NCBI GenBank assembly: GCA_964497275.1
Contig: CAZCEG010000002.1
Coordinates: 1 to 35,178 of the forward strand
Length of the DNA stretch: 35,178 nucleotides
Origin: an uncultured Oceanicaulis sp.
Lineage (GTDB): Bacteria > Pseudomonadota > Alphaproteobacteria > Caulobacterales > Maricaulaceae
Reading direction: 5' to 3'
This document shows, piece by piece, positions 9,012 to 17,529 of this stretch. Made by a program: the position numbers and the translations under genes. The first letter of the stretch is position 1; every line of letters starts with the position of its first letter. The notes below the pieces were generated by a model. It was not told where the DNA came from. It did not search any database and saw only the letters and a list, made by a program, of their open reading frames with translations.

Positions 9012-11242
9012 TTGGAATGTCCGCAATCAAGGCAGGTATCACACCCTTCCTTGCGTACCAGGCTGGTGCCGAGGCATTTCGGGCATATCTGCGGACGGGC
9101 CGCGCTGTCCGGCGCAGGAACCGCAGCCGCCGGGTCCGCACCGGCGCGCGTGGGTAATGCCACGTTGCCCAGATGCGTTTCTATCACGCTGCCAATGGCC
9201 GCCGGGATGGAGGGTACATAACGGCCTTCCATCCACGCACCGCCAGCCGGATCGAAGACCGCCTTGAGTTCCTCGGCAACAAAGCCGACATCGCCGCCGC
9301 GACGGAACACGGCCGAGATCATGCGCGTCAGAGCGACGGTCCAGGCATGGTGCTCGGGATTTTTCGAGTTCACGAATATCTCGAAGGGACGGGTACCATC
9401 CCCTCCTCCGTCATCGAGATCATTGATGGTGACGTAGGTGGCGTGATCGCTAAGCGGCCAGCGTATCTTGTAGGTCGCGCCAGCGAGTTTTTGCGGACGG
9501 GCCAGCAAAGCCGGGCCATCACCCGCTGGCGCGGCCTCCGGCTTGTTCTGCGGCGTCGTGCTGAGCACCGAACCAGTTACGGCGTTCGGACGGTAGGTGG
9601 TCAGGCCCTTACAGCCGAGCCTATAGCCTTCCAGATAAACGTCCTTGAAGGCCGTAAAGCTGATGTCTTCCGGGCAGTTGACCGTTTTGGAGATGGAGCT
9701 GTCGATGACAGACTGTGCTGCGGCCTGCATGCGTAGATGATCTGAAGGCTGGAGCGTCTGCGCGCTGACAAACGCCTGACTTAGCTCCGTATCGCCGCGC
9801 ATCTGCCGCCAGCGGACAAGGGCATAGTCCTCCACCGCTTCTTCGCGGGTGGACCCGTCCGCCTCCTTGATCTTGCGCGTGTAGGAGAAGGCGAAGACCG
9901 GTTCGATACCACTCGAGCAATTGCCCGCAATAAGCGACGTCGTGCCGGTAGGCGCGATCGAGGTCAGGCAGCCATTGCGCAGCCCGTGCTCACTGATGAG
10001 GGCGCGTATATCCTCCGGCAGGCTTGCAAGATTAGGGCGCTCCAGCATGATCCGGTCCCAGCGTGGAAAAGCGCCCTTTTCGCCCGCCAGCAACGCAGAC
10101 GCGCGATAAGCTTCGGTCTTGATCGTCCCGAGCCACAGCCGGGTAAGCTCTACTGCTTCATCCGATCCGTAGGTGACGCCGCAGGCGATCAGCGCATCGG
10201 CCAGACCCGTAACACCAAGGCCGAGCCTGCGCTTGTCGCGGGCCTCCCGGGCCTGCGCCTCCAGCGGATAGCGCGATACATCGATCACATTGTCGAGGAA
10301 GCGCACCGCCACGGCGGTCAGCGCGCCGAGGCCATCGAGGTCCAGCCGCGCATCGCTTTCAAAGGGCCGCTGCACCATGCGCGACAGATTGATCGAGCCT
10401 AGCAGGCACGCCCCGTAGGGCGGCAGCATCTGTTCACCGCACGGATTGGACGCGGAAATGGTCTCGCAATGGGCCAGATTATTCAACGCATTGACCCGGT
10501 CGATGAAAATGACACCCGGCTCAGCCGCATCGTAAGTCGCCTGCATGAGCCGGTTCCACAGATTACCGGCCCGCACCGTGCGCACGGTCTCGCCCGCAAA
10601 CACCAGCGGCCAGTCTGCGTCTTCGGCCAGCGCCTCCATGAAGGCATCGGTGACCAGTACGGAGAGGTTGAAATTGCGCAGGCGCACAGGATCGCGCTTG
10701 GCGTCGATGAAGGCTTCGATATCCGGGTGATCTATGCGCAGACATCCCATCATCGCGCCCCTGCGCTGACCGGCGGACATGATGGTGCGGCACATCGCAT
10801 CCCACGTGTCCATAAAGCTCAGCGGACCGGATGCGTTCGCGCCCACGCCGCGCACCGGCGCGCCGGACGGGCGGATGGTGGAGAAATCCATGCCAACCCC
10901 GCCGCCCTGCTGCATGGTGATCGCCGCCTCGCGCAGGTGCTCGAATATGCCGTCGAGACTGTCGGGGATTTCGCCCATCACGAAGCAGTTGAACAAGGTC
11001 ACGCTTCGGGCCGTGCCGGCCCCCGCGAGTATCCGCCCGGCGGGGATGAAGCGGAAATCCTCCAGCGCCTCATAGAAGTGCTGCTCCCATTGCCTGCGAA
11101 GCTTAGGGCTTTCCGCCTTCGCAATGGCTCCGGCCACGCGCCGCCAGGTATCCTCCACGCTTTCATCGCCCGCGCCTGACGGGTCAGCAAAGCGATACTT
11201 GGCGCGCCAAATCTCGCCGGAAAGCGGTGTGTCGAACGGCAT
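9002..11242 (-). CDS. nrdJ: Class II adenosylcobalamin-dependent ribonucleotide reductase with C-terminal TSCPD-like and Zn-ribbon region
   Basis: FIPAGRIL, TLFNCFV, GGGVG.DFS..RP, SNPCGEQ, IAPTGTTS, SSISKTVN, GCKGLTTYR, CPKC..EGCDTCLDCGHSKCG; start ATG 11242 after AGGAG. Confidence 0.95.
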   Translation of the reverse strand: MPFDTPLSGEIWRAKYRFADPSGAGDESVEDTWRRVAGAIAKAESPKLRRQWEQHFYEALEDFRFIPAGRILAGAGTARSVTLFNCFVMGEIPDSLDGIFEHLREAAITMQQGGGVGMDFSTIRPSGAPVRGVGANASGPLSFMDTWDAMCRTIMSAGQRRGAMMGCLRIDHPDIEAFIDAKRDPVRLRNFNLSVLVTDAFMEALAEDADWPLVFAGETVRTVRAGNLWNRLMQATYDAAEPGVIFIDRVNALNNLAHCETISASNPCGEQMLPPYGACLLGSINLSRMVQRPFESDARLDLDGLGALTAVAVRFLDNVIDVSRYPLEAQAREARDKRRLGLGVTGLADALIACGVTYGSDEAVELTRLWLGTIKTEAYRASALLAGEKGAFPRWDRIMLERPNLASLPEDIRALISEHGLRNGCLTSIAPTGTTSLIAGNCSSGIEPVFAFSYTRKIKEADGSTREEAVEDYALVRWRQMRGDTELSQAFVSAQTLQPSDHLRMQAAAQSVIDSSISKTVNCPEDISFTAFKDVYLEGYRLGCKGLTTYRPNAVTGSVLSTTPQNKPEAAPAGDGPALLARPQKLAGATYKIRWPLSDHATYVTINDLDDGGGDGTRPFEIFVNSKNPEHHAWTVALTRMISAVFRRGGDVGFVAEELKAVFDPAGGAWMEGRYVPSIPAAIGSVIETHLGNVALPTRAGADPAAAVPAPDSAARPQICPKCLGTSLVRKEGCDTCLDCGHSKCG

Positions 11243-11348
11243 GGATAACTCTCCTGAACAAATCGGGAGAGACATGCTCGGCGATTCGGTGCGGCATGAA
11301 GTGCCGCACAGTGCCGCGCCGCAGGGCGCCTTCAGGTCAACGCGTGAC

Positions 11349-11362
11349 CTGACCTCGATCAA
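11349..11362 (-). promoter_or_regulatory. FNR-like box upstream of nrdJ
   Basis: Minus strand TTGAT-CGAG-GTCAG overlapping the moeA stop codon. Confidence 0.65.
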
Positions 11363-12546
11363 GCCAGAGACAGAACATCCACCGTGCTGCCTGCCGGCGT
11401 AGCGGGCGCGTCGGACGCGCGCCGAAGGAGAAGATCGGATTGACCGAGCACGGCCTGCGCCCCTGATTCCTGATTGGTAGCAATATGTACGCCTTCCGCT
11501 CCGCGGCGCGCGCGCATGAAGGTCTCCCGGGAGCCGTTGGCCGCAAGCGGATCTGCCGCAGTTTCTGTCCGCCAGCCGAGGGCCGAGTCGAAGCGCCTAC
11601 CCCCCAGCGCGGCGAGCAACGGCATCAAGAAAAGCCGGGCCGTCACCAGCGCCGAACCGGGATTACCAGGCAGTCCGACGATCCAGCGCCCCCCTTTGCG
11701 AGCCACCCAGACTGGCTTGCCGGGCTTCATGGCCACCTTGGCAAAGACGCTCTCAAGGCCATCGCCGAACATGGTGCGCGCATAGTCGCGCTCACCCACT
11801 GACGCCCCCCCGGTAACAACTGTTACATCAGCATCGGCCAGCGCACGGGCACCGGCCTTCGTCAGCGTATCGGGATCATCGGGCAGGCGCTCGCGCCGCA
11901 GCACTCTGGCACCCCAGTCCTCCGCCATGCTGGCCACGGCAATGCTCACACTGTCCGGCACCGCGCCCGGGCGCTCGCGGGCAGTTCCGGGCGCGGCCAG
12001 CTCGTCACCTGTTGCCAGCACCACCACGGAAGGGGGGCGCCAGACGGAAAGCGTGCCAAGGTCTGCGCCAGCCGCAGCGATCAGGGCAGGCGGTGTCAGG
12101 GGCGCGCCAGAGACAAGCAGGGTTTCGCCCCTCCGAAAGTCCGACCCCGCCGCTCGGATATTGCGCCCGCCACGCGGCACGTCGCGGAAAAAGGCCGTTC
12201 CGTCTCCCGCCTCCACCTCTTCCTGTATCACCACACGGTCGAGCCCCGGCGGCACCATGGCGCCGGTGAAAATCCGCACGCACTGACCGGGCGGCACCTC
12301 GCCTGCGAACGGCTGACCGGCAAAGGACGCACCCGCCACCGGAAGCGCCGCGCCCGCTGCCGCCAGATCGACCTCGCGCACCGCATATCCGTCCATCGCC
12401 GATACGGGCGCGGACGGGGCGTCGAACCCGGCCATCACCGGTTCGGCCAGAATACGCCCAGCTGCCTCCTCGATACTCACCCGTTCGCTGCCGAGTGGTT
12501 CTGCCGCTTCGCGCAAGCGCGCCCAGGCGTCCTCACATGCGATCAT
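11359..12546 (-). CDS. moeA: Molybdopterin molybdenumtransferase
   Basis: [45 protein letters not shown]. Confidence 0.95.
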   Translation of the reverse strand: MIACEDAWARLREAAEPLGSERVSIEEAAGRILAEPVMAGFDAPSAPVSAMDGYAVREVDLAAAGAALPVAGASFAGQPFAGEVPPGQCVRIFTGAMVPPGLDRVVIQEEVEAGDGTAFFRDVPRGGRNIRAAGSDFRRGETLLVSGAPLTPPALIAAAGADLGTLSVWRPPSVVVLATGDELAAPGTARERPGAVPDSVSIAVASMAEDWGARVLRRERLPDDPDTLTKAGARALADADVTVVTGGASVGERDYARTMFGDGLESVFAKVAMKPGKPVWVARKGGRWIVGLPGNPGSALVTARLFLMPLLAALGGRRFDSALGWRTETAADPLAANGSRETFMRARRGAEGVHIATNQESGAQAVLGQSDLLLRRASDAPATPAGSTVDVLSLA

Positions 12547-13046
12547 TCCGGGGCCTCCGCCCGCCAGTCGCCGGAGCGGCCGCCCGTCTTCTCCAGCAGG
12601 CGCAGACCGGTCACACGCATGCCCCGGTCGGCCGCTTTCAGCATGTCGTAGAGCGTCAGCGCGGCCACGCTGGCTGCGGTCAGCGCTTCCATCTCCACCC
12701 CGGTCGGGCCGGTCGTGCGTGTCTCGGCGCGGATATGAAAGCCGGGCCGGTCAGGATCGGGCGTGATCACCACCGACGCCTTGGCGAGCGGCAGCGGGTG
12801 GCAAAGCGGAATGAGATCGGCGGTACGCTTTGATGCCATGATGCCGGCAAGCTCCGCCGTCGTGATGACGGCGCCTTTGGGCGCGCGTCCTTCAACCACC
12901 ATAGCCAGCGTGCCGGCATCACATTCCAACCAGCCTTCCGCGACGGCCGTGCGCAGCGTATCGGGCTTGGCCGAGACATCGACCATGCGGGCGCGGCCCT
13001 CGGGGTCAAGATGGGTGAGGTTCTGTGGTTTGCCGGGCGTGGTCAT
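12543..13046 (-). CDS. moaC: Cyclic pyranopterin monophosphate synthase
   Basis: [48 protein letters not shown]; ATGA overlaps on both sides. Confidence 0.96.
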   Translation of the reverse strand: MTTPGKPQNLTHLDPEGRARMVDVSAKPDTLRTAVAEGWLECDAGTLAMVVEGRAPKGAVITTAELAGIMASKRTADLIPLCHPLPLAKASVVITPDPDRPGFHIRAETRTTGPTGVEMEALTAASVAALTLYDMLKAADRGMRVTGLRLLEKTGGRSGDWRAEAPE

Positions 13047-13579
13047 GGGCAAATCCCCCGGTATCGCGGTATCTGGCCGACCAGCGAGCACGGGCGGAAC
13101 CGGCTGTCGAGTTCCTCGGCCAGCACCAGATCCCACGCATCCTTGCAGGCGCCCGTCGAGCCCGGCACGCAGAAGATGAAGGTGTCACCGGCCTGTCCGG
13201 CCAGGGCCCGCGACTGGAGGGTGGACACCCCCACCGTGCCAAGACTCTTCAGATGAAATACGACCGAAAACCCGTCCATCACCCGGTCGAGCAGCGGGCG
13301 GACTGCTTCCGGCGTCACATCGCGCGGCGCAAAGCCGGTACCGCCCGTGGTCAGCACCACATCGACACCCTCATCCTTGATCCAGGTTTCGATCTGGCGA
13401 CGTATGTCGGCAATCTCGTCCTTGACGATTACCCGGCCGGCAAGCTTGTGGCCTGCAGCCTGCAGCCGATCGGCCAGCAGTTTTCCCGACGTATCGGTGT
13501 CAAAATCGCGCGTATCGGAAATGGTCATCACCGCGATATTGAGCGGATGAAATTCCAGCGCAGTGTCTATTCCGGCCAT
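13043..13579 (-). CDS. moaB: Molybdenum cofactor biosynthesis protein B
   Basis: AVMTISDTR...[40 protein letters not shown]. Confidence 0.95.
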   Translation of the reverse strand: MAGIDTALEFHPLNIAVMTISDTRDFDTDTSGKLLADRLQAAGHKLAGRVIVKDEIADIRRQIETWIKDEGVDVVLTTGGTGFAPRDVTPEAVRPLLDRVMDGFSVVFHLKSLGTVGVSTLQSRALAGQAGDTFIFCVPGSTGACKDAWDLVLAEELDSRFRPCSLVGQIPRYRGICP

Positions 13580-13584
13580 AAAAG

Positions 13585-14046
13585 TCAGTCCTTCCAGCGG
13601 GCGAGGTCGGCGAGGTCACGTTCGGACGGCTCCACCCAGCGCGTGCCGGATGGGCCGATTTCACGTTTCCAGAAAACCGCCTCGGTCTTGAGATGATCCA
13701 TTATGAAATCCGCGGCGAGAAAGGCTTCCCGCCTGTGCAGGGCAGCCGCACCGGCCAGTACAACCGCCTCACCCGCCGGCACCTCGCCCCAGCGATGTAT
13801 GGCCACGGCCAGCGATATGTCGAAGCGGCGCAAGGCCGCCCCGGCGATGTCATTGAGCGATTTTTCGGTCAGGCGCGGATGAATGTCGAGCTCTAGCCGA
13901 TCCACCCGCGCGCCGTCCTTGCCAACCGGGCGGGCAATGCCGGTAAACAGGACCAGTCCTCCGGCGCCTGCGGCTGCCTCCATCAGCGGTCCGGCTTCGC
14001 ACTCTGGAATCAGCCGGTCGCCGGTCAGACGGGCGATACATTGCAT
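13585..14046 (-). CDS. moaE: Molybdopterin synthase catalytic subunit
   Basis: LFTG.AR, HR.G....GE, HRREAFLAADFIMDHLKT.A.FWKRE..WVE. Confidence 0.93.
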   Translation of the reverse strand: MQCIARLTGDRLIPECEAGPLMEAAAGAGGLVLFTGIARPVGKDGARVDRLELDIHPRLTEKSLNDIAGAALRRFDISLAVAIHRWGEVPAGEAVVLAGAAALHRREAFLAADFIMDHLKTEAVFWKREIGPSGTRWVEPSERDLADLARWKD

Positions 14047-14047
14047 G

Positions 14048-14344
14048 TCAGCCGCCCGATACCGCCGAGATGAACGCGATATCCTGACCGGGCTTTACAT
14101 GCAGGTCAGCGCCGGTGATTTCGTCATTCACGATCGCACGCACATGAGAGCCCAGCGCGCCCGCCGCTTCCGGCCCACGTATCTCTTCCAGTAGCTGGCG
14201 CAGTGCTCCCAGCGTCAGGCCTTCTGAAGGAATATCCACAATCGTCGTCTTGCCAAACACGTCGGATGGACGACCGAAAAAGCTGACCTTTAGCGGTGCT
14301 TTGGCTAACTTCCTTGCTGGTTCGATATCTGTCTGCAAGCTCAT
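14048..14344 (-). CDS. moaD: Molybdopterin synthase sulfur carrier (MoaD/ThiS family)
   Basis: V.FFG, VNDEI, C-terminal VSGG; first gene of the moa operon; start uncertain. Confidence 0.88.
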   Translation of the reverse strand: MSLQTDIEPARKLAKAPLKVSFFGRPSDVFGKTTIVDIPSEGLTLGALRQLLEEIRGPEAAGALGSHVRAIVNDEITGADLHVKPGQDIAFISAVSGG

Positions 14345-14404
14345 GTCGAATCCCGTTCTGCGCGCTCTCGAAGCTGACAATAGCCTCCAGCTCAGGTCGA
14401 CCGG

Positions 14405-14418
14405 TTGCCGCCAATCAA
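14405..14418 (-). promoter_or_regulatory. FNR-like box upstream of moaD
   Basis: Minus strand TTGAT-TGGC-GGCAA, 60 bp upstream of moaD. Confidence 0.6.
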
Positions 14419-14537
14419 GTGGCTTACCGATCTGCCTCAAGGCCAGTAGCCCAGGAACTCAACCAGATTCCATCCGGCCGGCTATTTCTCGCACGGGCAG
14501 ATTGTCCAGACGGGCACTGCGGCGTTGCGCCACACAT

Positions 14538-14593
14538 AAGAAGTATTTGCTTTACATCTTTTTGGGCGTAAAGATGCATACAGCATACATGTT
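14538..14593. promoter_or_regulatory. Two tandem NsrR-type operators
   Basis: AAGAAGTAT-N5-TTACATCTT (14538-14560) and AAGATGCAT-N5-ATACATGTT (14571-14593) versus consensus AAGATGYAT-N5-ATRCATCTT. Confidence 0.82.
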
Positions 14594-14607
14594 ATATGGA
14601 GGCCTGC

Positions 14608-15063
14608 ATGAACCGCCTTGTGACCGCAGAAAGCCTGATCACGAACGGCGTAACCCCACTACCCGATTCACCTGATCCGGTACGGGAGCTGGTGCCCGGA
14701 TCGGAAATGCACCCGACCGTCTTCAAGGCCATGGCGCTAATCTATGTTGCCATACTGGCTGCCTTCTGGGTGGCCTTCCAGGCAAGCGCCCTGACGGTTT
14801 TCGCGCTGGGTGTCTGCCTAGTGTACCTGATCATGTATTTCGCTGCTCCCGCTGCGCTGGTGAACGCTGCAAAACGGCGCGCCGGCGGCGAGAAACAAAC
14901 CAAAGACACTTTTGGCGAATTCCTGGACGCGCCTCTCAGCACATGGACCGGTCCATGTTCGGGCCGCGTGGCGACCGTACAGATGCTGCTTGTTCCGGTT
15001 GCCCTGGCGTTGGCCGCAGCGGGCATGGCCGTCGTTGTCATGATGACACGGGCAGGCATTTAA
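14608..15063 (+). CDS. Hypothetical membrane protein, about 3 TM helices, 151 aa
   Basis: GGAGG RBS, three hydrophobic segments, followed by hairpins; no family recognised. Confidence 0.8.
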   Translation: MNRLVTAESLITNGVTPLPDSPDPVRELVPGSEMHPTVFKAMALIYVAILAAFWVAFQASALTVFALGVCLVYLIMYFAAPAALVNAAKRRAGGEKQTKDTFGEFLDAPLSTWTGPCSGRVATVQMLLVPVALALAAAGMAVVVMMTRAGI

Positions 15064-15136
15064 CCGACCCCCCGGCTCCGGTTTCAGCCCGGAGCCGGCG
15101 CTGCGCGACCCTGGACCGGCGCGCGGCACAACTGAA

Positions 15137-15184
15137 GCCGCGGCGGTTCCAGCCTCCCCCGGAGCCGACCGCGGCCCCTTTTTT
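15137..15184 (+). terminator. Intrinsic terminator (a second hairpin lies at 15072-15098)
   Basis: GCCGCGGCGGTTCC..GGAGCCGACCGCGGC stem followed by a T6 run. Confidence 0.65.
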
Positions 15185-15260
15185 CCCGCATCCTGTTTGA
15201 CAGTCAGGCTGGCAAATCAGATAGCCAGTAGCAATCACGCTCGTTGCCGGAGAAACCAGC

Positions 15261-15704
15261 ATGCATCTCACCCTCTATAGCGACTATTCCCTTAGGGTTC
15301 TGATGTATGTCGGGATTAACCGCGACAGGTTGTGCACAATCAGCGAAATCGCCGATGCTTACGATATTTCCCGCAATCATCTGATGAAAGTGGTCAAGGA
15401 CCTCGGGCAGGCTGGCTATCTGGAAACCATCCGGGGCCGCTCCGGCGGTATCCGCCTCGCGCGCGAACCACACGATATCAATATTGGCCAGCTCGTGCGC
15501 CACACTGAAGAGGGTTTCGAACTCGTGGAGTGTTTTGGCACCAGTAATCTGTGCGCCATATCTGCGGCATGCCGACTACGCGGACTGCTCGGCAACGCGC
15601 TAGGCGGTTTCCTCGAAGTGCTTGACGGGGCCAGTCTGGCCGACCTGCTGGAAAACGGCGACGCACTGGCGAAGCTTCTGGGCACGACACGGGGTGTTGG
15701 TTAG
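15261..15704 (+). CDS. nsrR: Rrf2-family NO-sensing repressor, NsrR-like
   Basis: LTLYSDYSLRVLMY, ISRNHLMKVV, TIRGRSGGIRLA, three Fe-S cysteines in LVECF..LC.I..ACRL. Confidence 0.88.
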   Translation: MHLTLYSDYSLRVLMYVGINRDRLCTISEIADAYDISRNHLMKVVKDLGQAGYLETIRGRSGGIRLAREPHDINIGQLVRHTEEGFELVECFGTSNLCAISAACRLRGLLGNALGGFLEVLDGASLADLLENGDALAKLLGTTRGVG

Positions 15705-15782
15705 GGTTTAAACCCGGTCAACCTACTGAAGTGTTATTGCAAATCATGATTTCAATGGCGTGAAGCTGTTGGAGGATGAAGG

Positions 15783-15992
15783 GTGGCGCATGTTCTCTCG
15801 CTGAACGATGCGCAGTGGGCGTCGATCGAGTCGTATGTTCCGAGGCACCAGCCCGGTGCTCACCGTTTGAGCGAAGCTCTGGCGGTGAGCGGGTCGGTCA
15901 CGAAATAGTCCTCCATCGACAGCACCTACATAAAATCGCACCGCTCGACCCACAGTGGAAAGTGGGCGAGAAATCAAGCGAGCGGTCTCACC
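15783..15992 (+). mobile_element. Degenerate IS5-family transposase remnant
   Basis: LNDAQWASIESYVPRHQPGAHR (N-terminus) joined to EALAVSGSVTK*SSIDSTYIKSHRS..GK (first D of DDE region); internal deletion and stop codon. Confidence 0.75.
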
Positions 15993-16159
15993 TACCTCAG
16001 GGCCCGGATCACGGAACTGGGACACTCCCCCCAATAAAGCAGCATTTAGTGTGCATTTTTTGACGCAGGGCCTACCAAACGGTTGGTTTGTATAGTTCGG
16101 GGGTCCAACGTTGGGGATCAACGCAGAGGCATTGGTCGATCGACTATAACGGAGCCAGG

Positions 16160-16503
16160 ATGAACGGCGCTGACGAACTTATCGCAAGGCTCTCCGCGGG
16201 AGGCGTAGAGGTGTGCTTTGCCAATCCGGACACATCCGAAATGCATCTTGTCGCTGCGCTTGACCGGTCACAGATGCGTTTAGTGCTTTGCCTGTTCGAC
16301 GGCGTGGCCACCGGCGCGGCGGACGGCTACGGCCGGATGAGCGGTCGGCGCTGCGCGCCATGACTGGCTTACGCTGACAGGTGGCTCGATCGGGCGGGGC
16401 TTGCCGCTTGCAGTCGGTGCCGCGATCGCCAGTACCGGGAGAAAGACGCTGTCTCTGCAGGCAGATGGCGGGGGTGCGTATACACTGCAAGCATTGGTCA
16501 CTC
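16160..16503 (+). pseudogene. Acetolactate synthase-like ThDP enzyme with large internal deletion
   Basis: [35 protein letters not shown] joined out of frame to C-terminal [34 protein letters not shown]. Confidence 0.85.
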
Positions 16504-16522
16504 CCGGCAGCGGGAATTTCGA

Positions 16523-16551
16523 TGGACATACGTGTATAGGAGTCCTATGTT
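16523..16551 (+). promoter_or_regulatory. Sigma70-type promoter with palindromic operator in the spacer
   Basis: TGGACA-N17-TATGTT, with ATAGGA-G-TCCTAT (16536-16548) inside; the -10 ends 6 nt before the ATG at 16558. Confidence 0.65.
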
Positions 16552-16557
16552 TAAAGC

Positions 16558-17196
16558 ATGAGAACAAGCCAAGCACCCTCGCAGATTGTCAGCGGTCTCC
16601 TGCAGATCACCGCCTTTGCCCGCTCCCGTCAGTGGCGGTCGGGACGGGCAGTCGATCTAACGCCGACCCAGATCGGCGTTCTCCGAGTGCTGATGGATCA
16701 CGGTCCGACCCAAATCAGCCGCGTGGGCCAGTTTCTGGGCGTCACTCAAGCCACCGCGAGCGATGCGATCGCCACACTCGAGACAAAAGGCCTGGTTGAG
16801 CGCAAGCCGGATCCGCATGATGCGCGCGCGCGTCTCGCGCATTTGACCCGCTACGGGCGGAGCTTGGCTTCGGTGCGCCACGACGTTCCGGCGGAGCTGG
16901 TTGATGCCTTCGCGCAAAGCAATGAACGGGATCAGGCTGGGCTGCTGCGTGGACTGACGATCGCGATCAGACACCTTCAGGAAACCGGGGCCATTCAGCC
17001 CCAGCGGCTTTGCGTGACCTGTCGACATTTTAGACCCAACGTCCACGCCGATGCGGCCCGACCGCATCACTGTGCATTCGTGGACGCCGCCTTTGGCGAC
17101 GCGCAACTGCGTCTCGATTGCGGCGAACATGAAGCGGCGGGAGCCGCGGAGCATAGCGCGGCGATGCGCAGTTTCCATGCTCCTCCACCTGCCTGA
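16558..17196 (+). CDS. MarR-family regulator with C-terminal Cys/His-rich domain
   Basis: LTPTQ..L, GVTQATASDAI..LE.KGLV.R..D..DAR wHTH; C-terminal CVTCRHF..HHC.F..LRLDC.EH. Confidence 0.9.
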   Translation: MRTSQAPSQIVSGLLQITAFARSRQWRSGRAVDLTPTQIGVLRVLMDHGPTQISRVGQFLGVTQATASDAIATLETKGLVERKPDPHDARARLAHLTRYGRSLASVRHDVPAELVDAFAQSNERDQAGLLRGLTIAIRHLQETGAIQPQRLCVTCRHFRPNVHADAARPHHCAFVDAAFGDAQLRLDCGEHEAAGAAEHSAAMRSFHAPPPA

Positions 17197-17283
17197 ATGA
17201 GTGTGCGCCCCGCTCGCGGCTACGGGCAGGGCGCACGGATTGTCCACTCCCCAATAGGAAATAAGGAAAGGAACACCTGAACC

Positions 17284-17529
17284 ATGTCACAACAAGCTGT
17301 CTTCTACCATGCCGGATGTCCCGTCTGCGTCGCTGCCGAGCATAAGATTGCCGAGATCGTCGATCGCACCCGCTACGACCTTGAGATCGTCCATCTCGGG
17401 GAAGCCCGCAATCGCATTGCGGAAGCCGAACGGGCAGGCGTCGCCTCGGTCCCTGCCCTCGTGGTCGCCGGCACCCCGCTTCACATCAATTTCGGAGCGT
17501 CGCTTGCCGACGTGAAAGGAGCAGCATGA
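17284..17529 (+). CDS. Small thioredoxin/glutaredoxin-fold protein
   Basis: FYHAGCPVC active site and GV.SVPALV cis-Pro motif; 81 aa; purine-rich RBS. Confidence 0.88.
   Translation: MSQQAVFYHAGCPVCVAAEHKIAEIVDRTRYDLEIVHLGEARNRIAEAERAGVASVPALVVAGTPLHINFGASLADVKGAA

Noticed and set aside
11243-11358. Cobalamin riboswitch or NrdR box upstream of nrdJ
   Set aside because: The leader is only about 115 nt and lacks recognisable B12-box or NrdR consensus.
16074-16087. ACCAA-ACGG-TTGGT palindrome resembling a TetR operator
   Set aside because: Short, precedes a pseudogene, and no cognate regulator is in the window.
15744-16121. ORF-track ORFs of 125 aa (-) and 95 aa (+)
   Set aside because: They overlap the degraded IS5 remnant and have no coding signature of their own.
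17203-17275. Hairpin after marR and repeated AGGAA motifs before the thioredoxin
   Set aside because: No U-tract; the AGGAA run is explained by a purine-rich RBS.
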